Below, piece after piece: positions 1 to 7,662 of a stretch of 39,181 nt of DNA. Numbering within the stretch: the first letter of the stretch is position 1; each line of letters starts with the position of its first letter. The stretch is from the NCBI GenBank assembly GCA_041640075.1, contig JBEQAY010000006.1, forward strand, positions 1 to 39,181. The letters are read 5' to 3'. A program made the translations under genes and the position numbers. The notes below the pieces were generated by a model. That model had not been told where the DNA came from and ran no database searches. It saw only the letters and a list, made by a program, of their open reading frames with translations. The DNA is from Candidatus Nanohaloarchaea archaeon (GTDB lineage Archaea > Nanohalarchaeota > Nanosalinia > Nanosalinales > Nanosalinaceae).

Positions 1-244
1 CGAACCTTATGGTCTCGTTGACGCTGACGTTTACGGTGTCCGGTTCAAAGTAGAAGTTTCCTCCTGAAACAGTGATAGTCCTGTCGACGTCCACACTCTC
101 TCCCGAAGCCTCAGTTGTGTTTTCACCTGGTGCGTTACGTTCCTGTTGGTCTGCAGGTGCTTCACTGTTTGAGAGTCCGCCGATACATCCGGATGCAACA
201 ACCGCAAAAGCGACTGCTGTTAGAACTAAGAATCTTCGATTCAT
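1..244 (-). CDS. Halocyanin/plastocyanin-like (cupredoxin) lipoprotein, N-terminal part; runs off the window edge
   Basis: Not in the ORF track. Translated by hand from ATG at 244: MNRRFLVLTAVAFAVVASGCIGGLSNSEAP...TITVSGGNFYFEPDTVNVSVNETIRF. Has a twin-Arg/lipobox-like signal (ASGC) and the cupredoxin-type 'F.FEP..V.V..' segment. Cu ligands lie outside the window. Confidence 0.7.
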   Translation of the reverse strand, partial: MNRRFLVLTAVAFAVVASGCIGGLSNSEAPADQQERNAPGENTTEASGESVDVDRTITVSGGNFYFEPDTVNVSVNETIRF

Positions 245-301
245 AGAAAACAGATTGTACGCTCTTGTTTAAGAAATTTCTTGGTAGAGAAAAATCTTTT
301 T

Positions 302-374
302 TAGCCCCCGCAGGATTCGAACCTGCGTCGAGAGGGCCAGGGCCTCTCATGATTGGCCACTACACCAGGGGGCT
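302..374 (-). tRNA. tRNA-Gln (CTG)
   Basis: Cloverleaf: acceptor AGCCCCC/GGGGGCT with A1-U72 typical of archaeal Gln; anticodon stem AGAGG/CCTCT; loop CCCTGGC; T-loop TTCGAAT. No encoded CCA. Confidence 0.92.
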
Positions 375-420
375 ATAGGCATGTCCTGTAGCAAATTAAG
401 AGGGTATTAATTTTAAGTAA

Positions 421-774
421 TCAATTTTCCAGGACTTCTTCCCCAAGTTTCTCCACGGCTTCTCTTGATATGGAGTGCTCGACGGCGTCAGCTTCTTGCT
501 CAGGATTTTCTACGCCTGTCTTCGAGAATATTTTCTCCAGTTTCTCGAACTTTTCCTCTGCTTTCCGGCCTTTCTCTTTACCCATCGGGGAGAGGGTGAA
601 TCCTTTGTAGGCTACCCGGCATACAAGGTCTTCCTCCTCAAGTTTCTGTATGGTTTCGGAGGCGCTGGCATTGGATACTTCCAGTTCCTCAGAAACTTCT
701 GAAGTCTTCGTCTTGCCGTCCCCGGCATCTGTCAAACGGTAGATGGCTGACAGGTAGTCTTCTCTGGAGTTCAT
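421..774 (-). CDS. DtxR/MntR-family metal-dependent transcriptional regulator (short form)
   Basis: EDYL..IY N-terminus, HTH 'TSEVSEELEVSNASASETIQKL', and dimerisation-domain 'EADAVEHSIS'. Confidence 0.9.
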   Translation of the reverse strand: MNSREDYLSAIYRLTDAGDGKTKTSEVSEELEVSNASASETIQKLEEEDLVCRVAYKGFTLSPMGKEKGRKAEEKFEKLEKIFSKTGVENPEQEADAVEHSISREAVEKLGEEVLEN

Positions 775-1845
775 CTAGCTCTCTGCTTCGTTTTCTGCTT
801 TTTTGGTCTCGCTTTCCACATCATCTAGGAGATCCATTCCCTCGTTTAGTTCTTCTTCGCTTGCTTTCTCCCAGTTCTCGTCTCCGAGCTCCTCCATTGC
901 TGCATCGGTTTCTTGACCGGCTTCCTCGGCTTCCTGTTCTGCTTTTTGATCTATCTCTTTATCCTGTTTGTTGAAGGCTCCTACCTGGTTTTCGAACTCT
1001 GCTCCTTCCTCTACTATTTGTTCCTCCATCTCGTCTTGATTTTCTTCTTCTTCAGCTTCTTTCTTGGTCTCCTGTTCTTCCTCCTCAACTTTTCTTTCCT
1101 CCTGTGCAAGTTCCTGTAGAAGGTTTCTGGCTTTTTCGAGCTCTTCTTCTTTTCGATGCAGCATCTGGTCAAGTTCTTTTTCAAACTGCTGGGCTCCCAT
1201 CTGTTCTGCCATACCAACCAGTTCTTCAAGGTATTCGACGTCCTGTCCCAGTTCTTTGATAAGCTGGTTAACTTCCTCTGTAGTCTGGTAGATTTCCTTT
1301 GATATCTGCTCTTCTTCCTTGACTTCGTACTTTATTTCATCTGCTTCCTCCTCTTCCTGGTCTGCTACGGCTTTGAGGCCTTTTTCGAATATCTTCTTTT
1401 TCTCCTCGTTTATACCGTTGCTTTCCATGTCCTGCAGGAGTTTGTAAAGTGCTTTTTCCTCTTTTTTACTGGCCTTTTCGGAGCTCTCGGTGATGTTTAT
1501 TTCTTCTCCAACGAGTTCTGTCTGTTCGTCTATCATTTCTACAGCTTCTTCAAGGTCGCCCAGAATCTCTCTTTCCTCTTGATCTTCCTGTTGAGCGTCC
1601 TGCTCAAATCTCTGTTCCTGTTGCTGGTTGATACCGCTCTGCATCATTCCCTGTACCAGTGACCCTTCCTCGTTCATCACCTTGTTTGCCTGCTCGAGTT
1701 CCTGGTTTATGTTTTCAATGAACTCGTTGAAGTTGCTGGCTAGATCCCTGAATTTACCGAAGAAGCTCTTGGTATTTGAGAAACCTTTATCCACGTTTTT
1801 CTTGCTGTTTTGAATGGTGGATTTTACATTACCTGCTAGACCCAT
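775..1845 (-). CDS. Uncharacterised acidic coiled-coil protein (356 aa) with a basic amphipathic N-terminus
   Basis: Long E/Q/K-rich ORF with heptad-like pattern. Its stop abuts the DtxR start (TAGATG). TATA-like GTTTTTTATT lies 22 nt upstream. Confidence 0.85.
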   Translation of the reverse strand: MGLAGNVKSTIQNSKKNVDKGFSNTKSFFGKFRDLASNFNEFIENINQELEQANKVMNEEGSLVQGMMQSGINQQQEQRFEQDAQQEDQEEREILGDLEEAVEMIDEQTELVGEEINITESSEKASKKEEKALYKLLQDMESNGINEEKKKIFEKGLKAVADQEEEEADEIKYEVKEEEQISKEIYQTTEEVNQLIKELGQDVEYLEELVGMAEQMGAQQFEKELDQMLHRKEEELEKARNLLQELAQEERKVEEEEQETKKEAEEEENQDEMEEQIVEEGAEFENQVGAFNKQDKEIDQKAEQEAEEAGQETDAAMEELGDENWEKASEEELNEGMDLLDDVESETKKAENEAES

Positions 1846-1867
1846 AGGCGGAGATTTACATTCTTCA

Positions 1868-1877
1868 AATAAAAAAC
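1868..1877 (-). promoter_or_regulatory. TATA-like box GTTTTTTATT of the 775..1845 gene
   Basis: Ends 22 nt before the ATG, consistent with a near-leaderless archaeal promoter. Confidence 0.55.
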
Positions 1878-1989
1878 CATGCTTTCTGGCTTTTTCGATA
1901 CGGCTGTACGCCTGTACTGATATACTTTAGAAGGCAATTGTTGGGACCGAAAATTTTTATGAAGCTGAACGCAAGTCTCAGTTGAGGAA

Positions 1990-2190
1990 ATGAAAAAAGG
2001 TGTGGAACGTACGGCGGGCTATATAGTTGACTACCTTGAATGGGCGGAAGATGCCAGTATTCACGATATAGTGGAGGAAATTGATATGCCTCAGCCTGTG
2101 ATTCTAATGGGTCTTGGTTTTCTGGTGAATGAGGACCGTGTTGAGACTGTAGATGAAGAAGGCAAGGTAGTCAGTCTACAGAGCCAGTGA
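1990..2190 (+). CDS. Small winged-helix protein, DUF2582-like
   Basis: 'AGYIVDYL...ILMGLGFLVNEDRV' resembles the DUF2582 pattern AG.IW..L...ALGWLAREDKI. GAGG SD lies upstream. Confidence 0.7.
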   Translation: MKKGVERTAGYIVDYLEWAEDASIHDIVEEIDMPQPVILMGLGFLVNEDRVETVDEEGKVVSLQSQ

Positions 2191-2203
2191 AACTACTATC
2201 CAG

Positions 2204-3376
2204 TTAACTTTCTTCACCTGAAGTCCTGTCTATCACCGCGTAAAGTACCACTATAGTGGTCGTTGTCAGTAGCACGGAGGGTGCGAAGATCTGCAGGATC
2301 TCGTTGCCGAAGATCCCCATGTCGATCCCGATCAGCAGTACAACCAGTGTCTCGATATCCAGGCTTAGTAGCGAGCTGGCTATCATTACCGGTCGGTCCA
2401 TGCTGTGGAGTTTGGAGAACGCATAGCCGATGCCAAACTTCGAGACTGTTGACAGGACAAAGAGGAATGTAGCTGCCTCGATGTTGTTGATTATCCCTGT
2501 GATGCTCAGTCCAAGTCCAAACCAGGCGAAGAAGACCGGTATGAAGAGTCCAAGTCCGATAGCCCGGATTTTTTCCTGGAAAGCCCGTGAATCAGAGAAC
2601 TCTGAACGTGAAACCAGGATTCCCGCGAAGAAGGCGCCCAGTACTGTTGAAAGACCGATAACTTCGGTGGCGTAACTGAGTCCAAGCAGGAGTGAGAAAG
2701 TTATGGCGAACTGTGCCTCTGACTCCTCCATCATGATGACGTAGTCGTCGATCTTGTGGATAAACTCGTGCATCACGTAGAAAGCGATCGCAAAACCAGC
2801 AATACCTGCAATCTTGAGCATCAATGTCTCCATGGTGGAGTTGATTACTACCAGCCCGGTTAAGGCCAGTAAACCTACTGTGACATTTATTACAGACGCT
2901 TTTACTGTATATTTTCCTGTATCGCTTCTCAGAAGTCCTTTGGAAAGCATTATTTTGGATGGTACTCCGATGTCTACTATTGCGTAACCAAGTGCCAGGT
3001 AAACAAATGCAGTCATACTTTCGTAAGGCAGGAAGGTCGAGCCGAAAAGAATCATGGCTCCAAGTATGAATACAAAGGAACCTGCCAGAACTCCAAGTCC
3101 AAGCTGCAGGCCCTGGCGGTGCCTGAAGATCTCCATTACATTTTCTTCACGGAGTCCTGCCTGGAAAAGTACGAGTGACGCTCCTATTGTTGCGAAGCCT
3201 TTGACGGTACCGGGTTCGATCATTCCAAGCACGGAAGGTCCGAGTAAAAGTCCTGTAACTATGTATCCGATTATAGATTCGATTCCAATTCTCTCAAAGA
3301 TCTCTCCAACTATGAATGATGCGAAAAGCAGAAGTCCTAGCTCGTACATGGTGCCTGCTGCCAGACCACCTGCCAT
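2204..3376 (-). CDS. Cation:proton antiporter (CPA2/Na+/H+ exchanger family), no RCK domain
   Basis: About 12 hydrophobic segments; motifs 'GYIVTGLLLGP', 'LFQAGL', 'LGAFFAGI', 'FIPVFF'. Confidence 0.9.
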   Translation of the reverse strand: MAGGLAAGTMYELGLLLFASFIVGEIFERIGIESIIGYIVTGLLLGPSVLGMIEPGTVKGFATIGASLVLFQAGLREENVMEIFRHRQGLQLGLGVLAGSFVFILGAMILFGSTFLPYESMTAFVYLALGYAIVDIGVPSKIMLSKGLLRSDTGKYTVKASVINVTVGLLALTGLVVINSTMETLMLKIAGIAGFAIAFYVMHEFIHKIDDYVIMMEESEAQFAITFSLLLGLSYATEVIGLSTVLGAFFAGILVSRSEFSDSRAFQEKIRAIGLGLFIPVFFAWFGLGLSITGIINNIEAATFLFVLSTVSKFGIGYAFSKLHSMDRPVMIASSLLSLDIETLVVLLIGIDMGIFGNEILQIFAPSVLLTTTTIVVLYAVIDRTSGEES

Positions 3377-3799
3377 TTACTCCACCTCGCCCTCTTTTAC
3401 CACAGTGTTTTCGTGCACTACTCCGATGATTTCGCCGTCCTCTTTGACAGGAAGGGATCGGACGTCTTCCTCATCCATGAGAAAAGCAATCTCGCCCAGG
3501 GTTTCATTTGGAGGGATAGTTACTTGGTGTTCGTTCATTAGGTCTTCAGCAGTATCTGGAGCATAGCTCTGGTCAAATGAAAGCCCGAGGATACCTATCA
3601 TTGACTCCTCATCGACCTTTTCCTCAGGAATCAAAGCCTTCAGGACAGAGTTCTCATGTATCTCCCCTACAACTTTTTCCCCTCTCCTGACTATTAGAGT
3701 GTTCTCAGCTCCTGCGAACTCATCCTCAACTTCCTCTACAGAAGCATCTTCCTGAATGAAATCCGGGTCATCCATCAACTCACGGGCAGTCTTCGACAT
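3377..3799 (-). CDS. CBS-domain protein, probable regulator of the adjacent antiporter
   Basis: Tandem CBS pattern ('TARELM', 'TAEDLM...VRSLPV...IIGVV'). Its stop abuts the antiporter ATG. Confidence 0.85.
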   Translation of the reverse strand: MSKTARELMDDPDFIQEDASVEEVEDEFAGAENTLIVRRGEKVVGEIHENSVLKALIPEEKVDEESMIGILGLSFDQSYAPDTAEDLMNEHQVTIPPNETLGEIAFLMDEEDVRSLPVKEDGEIIGVVHENTVVKEGEVE

Positions 3800-3903
3800 G
3801 TCAATAATTTCTCTAAGCTGGTTTATAACTCCTGCGCCGGCTTTAAAGCAGCGTATTTGCTTGCTTTGATATCTTATCTGGAGAAAAAATGTGTGGGAAG
3901 TGT

Positions 3904-3966
3904 TCGCCGGGGCTGGGATTTGACCCCGAAGCTCGCAGATAGGGAGCTTCTTTAATCAAATCCAGC
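3904..3966. repeat. Duplicate of the tRNA-Ser 3' end embedded in a long hairpin
   Basis: tcgccggggctgggatttga at 3904-3923 is identical to 3983-4002. Inner inverted repeat gaagctc/gagcttc; outer gctgggatttga/tcaaatccagc. Confidence 0.85.
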
Positions 3967-3983
3967 TAATGCAGAAAAATAAT

Positions 3984-4072
3984 CGCCGGGGCTGGGATTT
4001 GAACCCAGGAGACCGCGTATGGGTCACCGGTTCTCAAGACCGGCGCAATTAGCCAGACTCTGCCACCCCGGC
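3984..4072 (-). tRNA. tRNA-Ser (TGA)
   Basis: Acceptor GCCGGGG/CCCCGGC, discriminator G, anticodon loop CTTGAGA, long variable arm (GACC/GGTC), T-loop TTCAAAT. Confidence 0.95.
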
Positions 4073-4098
4073 AAACGAAGATTGTGTTTTTGCTTGAG

Positions 4099-4123
4099 AC
4101 CAGAAACTACTATGTAGTTTCGG
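4099..4123 (+). repeat. Palindromic hairpin ACCAGAAAC-tactatgta-GTTTCGG
   Basis: Perfect 8-bp inverted repeat gaaactac/gtagtttc. The flanks recur at 27412-27435 on the minus strand. Confidence 0.65.
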
Positions 4124-4176
4124 ATCCCTGCAAAGAGTAAATAGAAATGTTCTTGGAAGTTTTAAATTAGGAGAGG

Positions 4177-5247
4177 TCAGCTGCCTTTTGCTTCTTCAAG
4201 TCTCTCTTTGGCAGTCTGGGTTTCTTCTACTGACTCTTTGACTTCAGACTCTGCCTCTTCAGCTGTCCCCCTTACTTTGCCTGAGACTTTCCCGACCGCG
4301 TCCATAACCTGGTCTTTGTCTACTCTTTGAGCGGCTCCGGCGCCTGCTCCCATCGCGATAGCTTTAGGTGTGAAGCCGAAGAGTGCGTCTCCGAACTTCT
4401 TGAGCCCTACACTTGTGTTTTTGACACCTATCTTCGCCACCGTGCTCCATCCCTGTTGCTGGGTAATCAAGTGATCTATGTGTTCCTCAGTTACATGCTC
4501 TTCTTCAGCAAGTTCAACCAGGTTGTCCATGAACTGGTTTTCCTCGCTTTTCTGCTGCCTGATCTCGTTTTTGAGTTCCTGTATCTCACTTACCAGGTCA
4601 GGACTGCCTTCCTGATCTACAAATCTTTGCATTTCGTCAAAGTCGTGGTTTACAGCCCAGCTTTCGGTATCTTCCATTTCGTTCTGAAGTTCTACCTCAT
4701 CCCTCTTCATCTCCACCAGCTCCTGGTGGGACTCATCCAGATCCTGCTCAAGCCGTTCAGAGATGTCTGCGGTTTCCTTCTCAAGATCTGCAGCCTCCTT
4801 AAGCTCATCCTTCACAGCCATGATCTCTGCCAGACACCTGCCGGCTAGCTCCTGGTCAACGTTCCCGTTATCTGCCTCCTGTCTGAGCTTCTCCAGCATC
4901 TCATCGATTTCCTGTTCTTTTTCCTCGATCTCCCTGTTTTTTCCGTCAATCCTGTGCAAAACCTGTGCAAGAGCTTTAACTGATTCCTCTTCCATGCCAA
5001 GCGAATTTTTCAGTTGATCCAGAATTTTCTGGCCTTCAGAAGTTTCCACTTCAAGACCGTGTTCCAGCTCCTTGACCTGGTCTCTGGAAAGAGAATTCAG
5101 GTTGTTCACGTACTCTGAGGATCTCTGTTCATCGTTCTCGAAGTCGCCTATATCTCCCTGAACCTGGTCCAATCCTTTTGCAAGCCTTGACTCTAGAGAA
5201 TCAAGCTCTGAGATCTTAGATGTAGGTTCCTCTGAAGACTGAGACAT
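4177..5247 (-). CDS. Uncharacterised acidic coiled-coil protein (356 aa) with a Gly-rich amphipathic segment near the C-terminus
   Basis: Long E/D/Q/L-rich ORF containing 'WSTVAKIGVKNTSVGLKKFGDALFGFTPKAIAMGAGAGAA'. GTTTTTTATT lies 22 nt upstream. Confidence 0.85.
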   Translation of the reverse strand: MSQSSEEPTSKISELDSLESRLAKGLDQVQGDIGDFENDEQRSSEYVNNLNSLSRDQVKELEHGLEVETSEGQKILDQLKNSLGMEEESVKALAQVLHRIDGKNREIEEKEQEIDEMLEKLRQEADNGNVDQELAGRCLAEIMAVKDELKEAADLEKETADISERLEQDLDESHQELVEMKRDEVELQNEMEDTESWAVNHDFDEMQRFVDQEGSPDLVSEIQELKNEIRQQKSEENQFMDNLVELAEEEHVTEEHIDHLITQQQGWSTVAKIGVKNTSVGLKKFGDALFGFTPKAIAMGAGAGAAQRVDKDQVMDAVGKVSGKVRGTAEEAESEVKESVEETQTAKERLEEAKGS

Positions 5248-5269
5248 ACTTAACCGTTGATTTCTGTAG

Positions 5270-5279
5270 AATAAAAAAC
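5270..5279 (-). promoter_or_regulatory. TATA-like box GTTTTTTATT of the 4177..5247 gene
   Basis: Same 10-mer and same 22-nt spacing to the ATG as at 1868-1877. Confidence 0.55.
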
Positions 5280-5319
5280 TGCTATATGGAGATATAGAAA
5301 GGACAGAAAAAATATATTT

Positions 5320-5628
5320 CTATTCGTCGAGTTCGATCTCGATCTCGACGCCTTCAGGTACGTGTACACGCATGACCTGTCTCAAGGCTCTTTCACTTTC
5401 CTTGAGTGTGACAAGTCTCTTGTGGACATGCATCTCGTATCTCTCTATTGTACTGGCCCCTTCTCCGTCCGGTGCTTTCCTGGTCGGAATCTTCATCGTG
5501 TCTGTTGGTAGTGGTACAGGTCCGGAAATCTCTGCATCGTATTCATCTCCGATCTCAAGTATCTCGTCTGCCAGGTCGTCAACTTTTTCCTGATCCGTAC
5601 TTCGGAGCTTTACTCTTGCCTCTTGCAT
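5320..5628 (-). CDS. rpsJ: 30S ribosomal protein S10 (uS10)
   Basis: True start MQEARVKLRS at 5628; the ORF-track extension overlaps tuf. Motifs 'SGPVPLPT', 'RKAPDGEG', 'HKRL'. Confidence 0.97.
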   Translation of the reverse strand: MQEARVKLRSTDQEKVDDLADEILEIGDEYDAEISGPVPLPTDTMKIPTRKAPDGEGASTIERYEMHVHKRLVTLKESERALRQVMRVHVPEGVEIEIELDE

Positions 5629-5730
5629 ACAAATTCTAAGGAAGTTAACTATTATAAATGGTTTTAGAAACTGGGTAATTCTGGTTGGTTTAATTGCATC
5701 TTTCGTCTGTAAGTTCTCATTAGAAGATAG

Positions 5731-5768
5731 GAAAAAGATATGTGGGGAAAAGGAATCCTTGCGGATTC
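5731..5768 (-). terminator. GCAA-tetraloop hairpin plus U-tract after tuf
   Basis: GAATCC-GCAA-GGATTC begins in the stop codon and is followed by CTTTTCCCCACATATCTTTTT. Confidence 0.55.
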
Positions 5769-7054
5769 TATTCTTTTTCGTTGACTGAGAGGCACTGTCC
5801 GGCTCCAACTGTCTGTCCCATGTCTCTGATGGCGAATCTTGCCATCTGTGGGATGTCGTCGTTGGATTCGATGACGAGTGGCTGCTGTGGTGTGATCTCA
5901 ACCTTTGCTGCCTGTCCCTGCTTGATGTAGTCAGGGTCTTCTTCGATCGTCTCTCCAGTCTTCGGGTTCATGGTGGACTTGATGTCCGTGAAGGTGCATG
6001 AAACCTGTGCTGTGTTGACGTGGAATACTGGTGTATATCCCTCGGAGATGACGTTAGGGTGGTTCAGGACGATGACCTGTGCCTCGAAACTGTCGACGAC
6101 TGTAGGCGGGTTGTCTGAAGGTCCTGCTACGTCTCCCTTCTTGACCTTGTCCTGTCCTACTCCTCTTGTGTTCCATCCGATGTTGTCACCAGGTGAAGCG
6201 CTTTCTACTTCTTCGTGGTGCATCTCGATGGTCTTGACTTCTCCACCGATGTTCTTGTTCAGTCGTGTGGAAGCAGGTTCAAACTTGACAGTATCTCCCT
6301 GTGAGATCTCTCCTGTCTCCACTCTTCCGACTGTAACTGCTCCGATTCCGGAGATCTTGTAGACGTCTTGGATCGGTGCTCTGAGAGGTAGGTCCTCAGG
6401 CATCTCAGGTTCTTCAAGATCGTCCAGTGCTCCAAGCAGTGTTGGACCGTCGTACCATCCTAGGTTGTCAGATTCCTCTGCAACGTTGTCTCCCTCGAAA
6501 GCGGAGATTGGTACGAAGTCGATGTCGCTTGGGTCGTATCCTACACCCTGAAGCATCTCGGAAACTTCTTCCTTGATGTCTTCGAACTCATCCTCGCCGT
6601 AATCAACGAGGTCCATCTTGTTGACGGATACGATCAGCTGGTCGATTCCAAGAGTCTTGGAGAGGTAAGCGTGCTCCTTTGTCTGAGGCTGGATTCCGTC
6701 GTCTGCAGCGACTGTTAGAACTCCAGCGTCAGCCTGAGAAGCTCCTGTGATCATGTTCTTGATGAAGTCACGGTGCCCTGGAGCATCGATAATAGTGAAG
6801 AAGTAGTTATCTGAATCGAACTCCTTGTGTGCAAGGTCGATTGTAACTCCTCTGTCACGTTCCTCGTCGATGGTATCCATCGCGAACGCGAATCCGAAGG
6901 TCTCCTTACCCTTCTCTTCAGCAGCGTCCTCAAGCTTTCTCATTTCTTCTTCCGGTAGGTTTTCTGTGTCCCACAGAAGTCTACCGATTGAAGTAGACTT
7001 ACCGTGGTCAACGTGTCCAATAAATACTAGGTTAATGTGTGGTTTATCAGCCAT
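5768..7054 (-). CDS. tuf: Translation elongation factor EF-1 alpha
   Basis: [35 protein letters not shown]. Start placed at MADKPH (7054) because SD AGGTGAT lies at 7062-7068. Confidence 0.98.
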   Translation of the reverse strand: MADKPHINLVFIGHVDHGKSTSIGRLLWDTENLPEEEMRKLEDAAEEKGKETFGFAFAMDTIDEERDRGVTIDLAHKEFDSDNYFFTIIDAPGHRDFIKNMITGASQADAGVLTVAADDGIQPQTKEHAYLSKTLGIDQLIVSVNKMDLVDYGEDEFEDIKEEVSEMLQGVGYDPSDIDFVPISAFEGDNVAEESDNLGWYDGPTLLGALDDLEEPEMPEDLPLRAPIQDVYKISGIGAVTVGRVETGEISQGDTVKFEPASTRLNKNIGGEVKTIEMHHEEVESASPGDNIGWNTRGVGQDKVKKGDVAGPSDNPPTVVDSFEAQVIVLNHPNVISEGYTPVFHVNTAQVSCTFTDIKSTMNPKTGETIEEDPDYIKQGQAAKVEITPQQPLVIESNDDIPQMARFAIRDMGQTVGAGQCLSVNEKE

Positions 7055-7102
7055 TTTTTGTATCACCTGTTAATGCGTATAATCTCCGAATAGACCGTCA
7101 AA

Positions 7103-7110
7103 CTTTAAAA
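7103..7110 (-). promoter_or_regulatory. TATA box of tuf
   Basis: TTTTAAAG about 50 nt upstream of the ATG, leaving room for a short SD-containing leader. Confidence 0.55.
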
Positions 7111-7228
7111 GGGTGTGTGGACGTTAAAACCCCGAAACACGCCAGCAAAACAGAAACCTCAAAAAGCCGTAAAACAGGCTCCAGAGACGCTCTACACATT
7201 TCTTCAGAAATTTTTCTTCATCCCTGAA

Positions 7229-7651
7229 CTACGGGCAGTCATGGAACTCCACACCTGAATCCTTCAGAACTCTTTCAGCTCCCTCTTCGACCTGCTCAAA
7301 AAGCTCGTCGTAGTCATCAGCTTTCCGCAACTGGCACATAAGATGATTGCTGTAAACCAGGTCAAAGCTCTCGTCCTGGAAAGGCAGGTACGTTTCACCT
7401 GTCTCCTGTGCAGCGTTGGCGTGAACCTTGTTGTCGGTATCACCGTTCAGAAGATTCTCAAGGTCATAATCCAGGCCGACAACCTCTACATCTTTATCTC
7501 CCATCTCCTCGAATGTCTCCTCCATATCGTCGTGATACTTCGCAGACCCGCAGCCGAGATCCAGTACACGGAAAACCTCATCAGCTGAACGGTAGGCCTC
7601 ATGAATCTCCCCGGCTTTTCCAGCACCCAGGTGAAACTCGGTGTGCTCCAT
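7229..7651 (-). CDS. Small class I SAM-dependent methyltransferase
   Basis: VLDLGCGS, VVGLD, LPFQDESFDLV, ERVLK. Confidence 0.85.
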   Translation of the reverse strand: MEHTEFHLGAGKAGEIHEAYRSADEVFRVLDLGCGSAKYHDDMEETFEEMGDKDVEVVGLDYDLENLLNGDTDNKVHANAAQETGETYLPFQDESFDLVYSNHLMCQLRKADDYDELFEQVEEGAERVLKDSGVEFHDCP

Positions 7652-7662
7652 GTCGTGAGAAA

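Noticed and set aside
231..243. GAATC-TTC-GATTC palindrome similar to the intergenic GAA...TTC hairpins
   Set aside because: It lies within the codons for MNRRF of the signal peptide and has only a 5-bp stem.
3904..4072. Provirus or genomic island at tRNA-Ser
   Set aside because: The repeats are only 79 nt apart, and no integrase or viral genes are in the window.
5629..5901. N-terminal extension of S10 in the ORF track (193 aa)
   Set aside because: It overlaps tuf out of frame and the intergenic region; S10 homology begins at the ATG at 5628.
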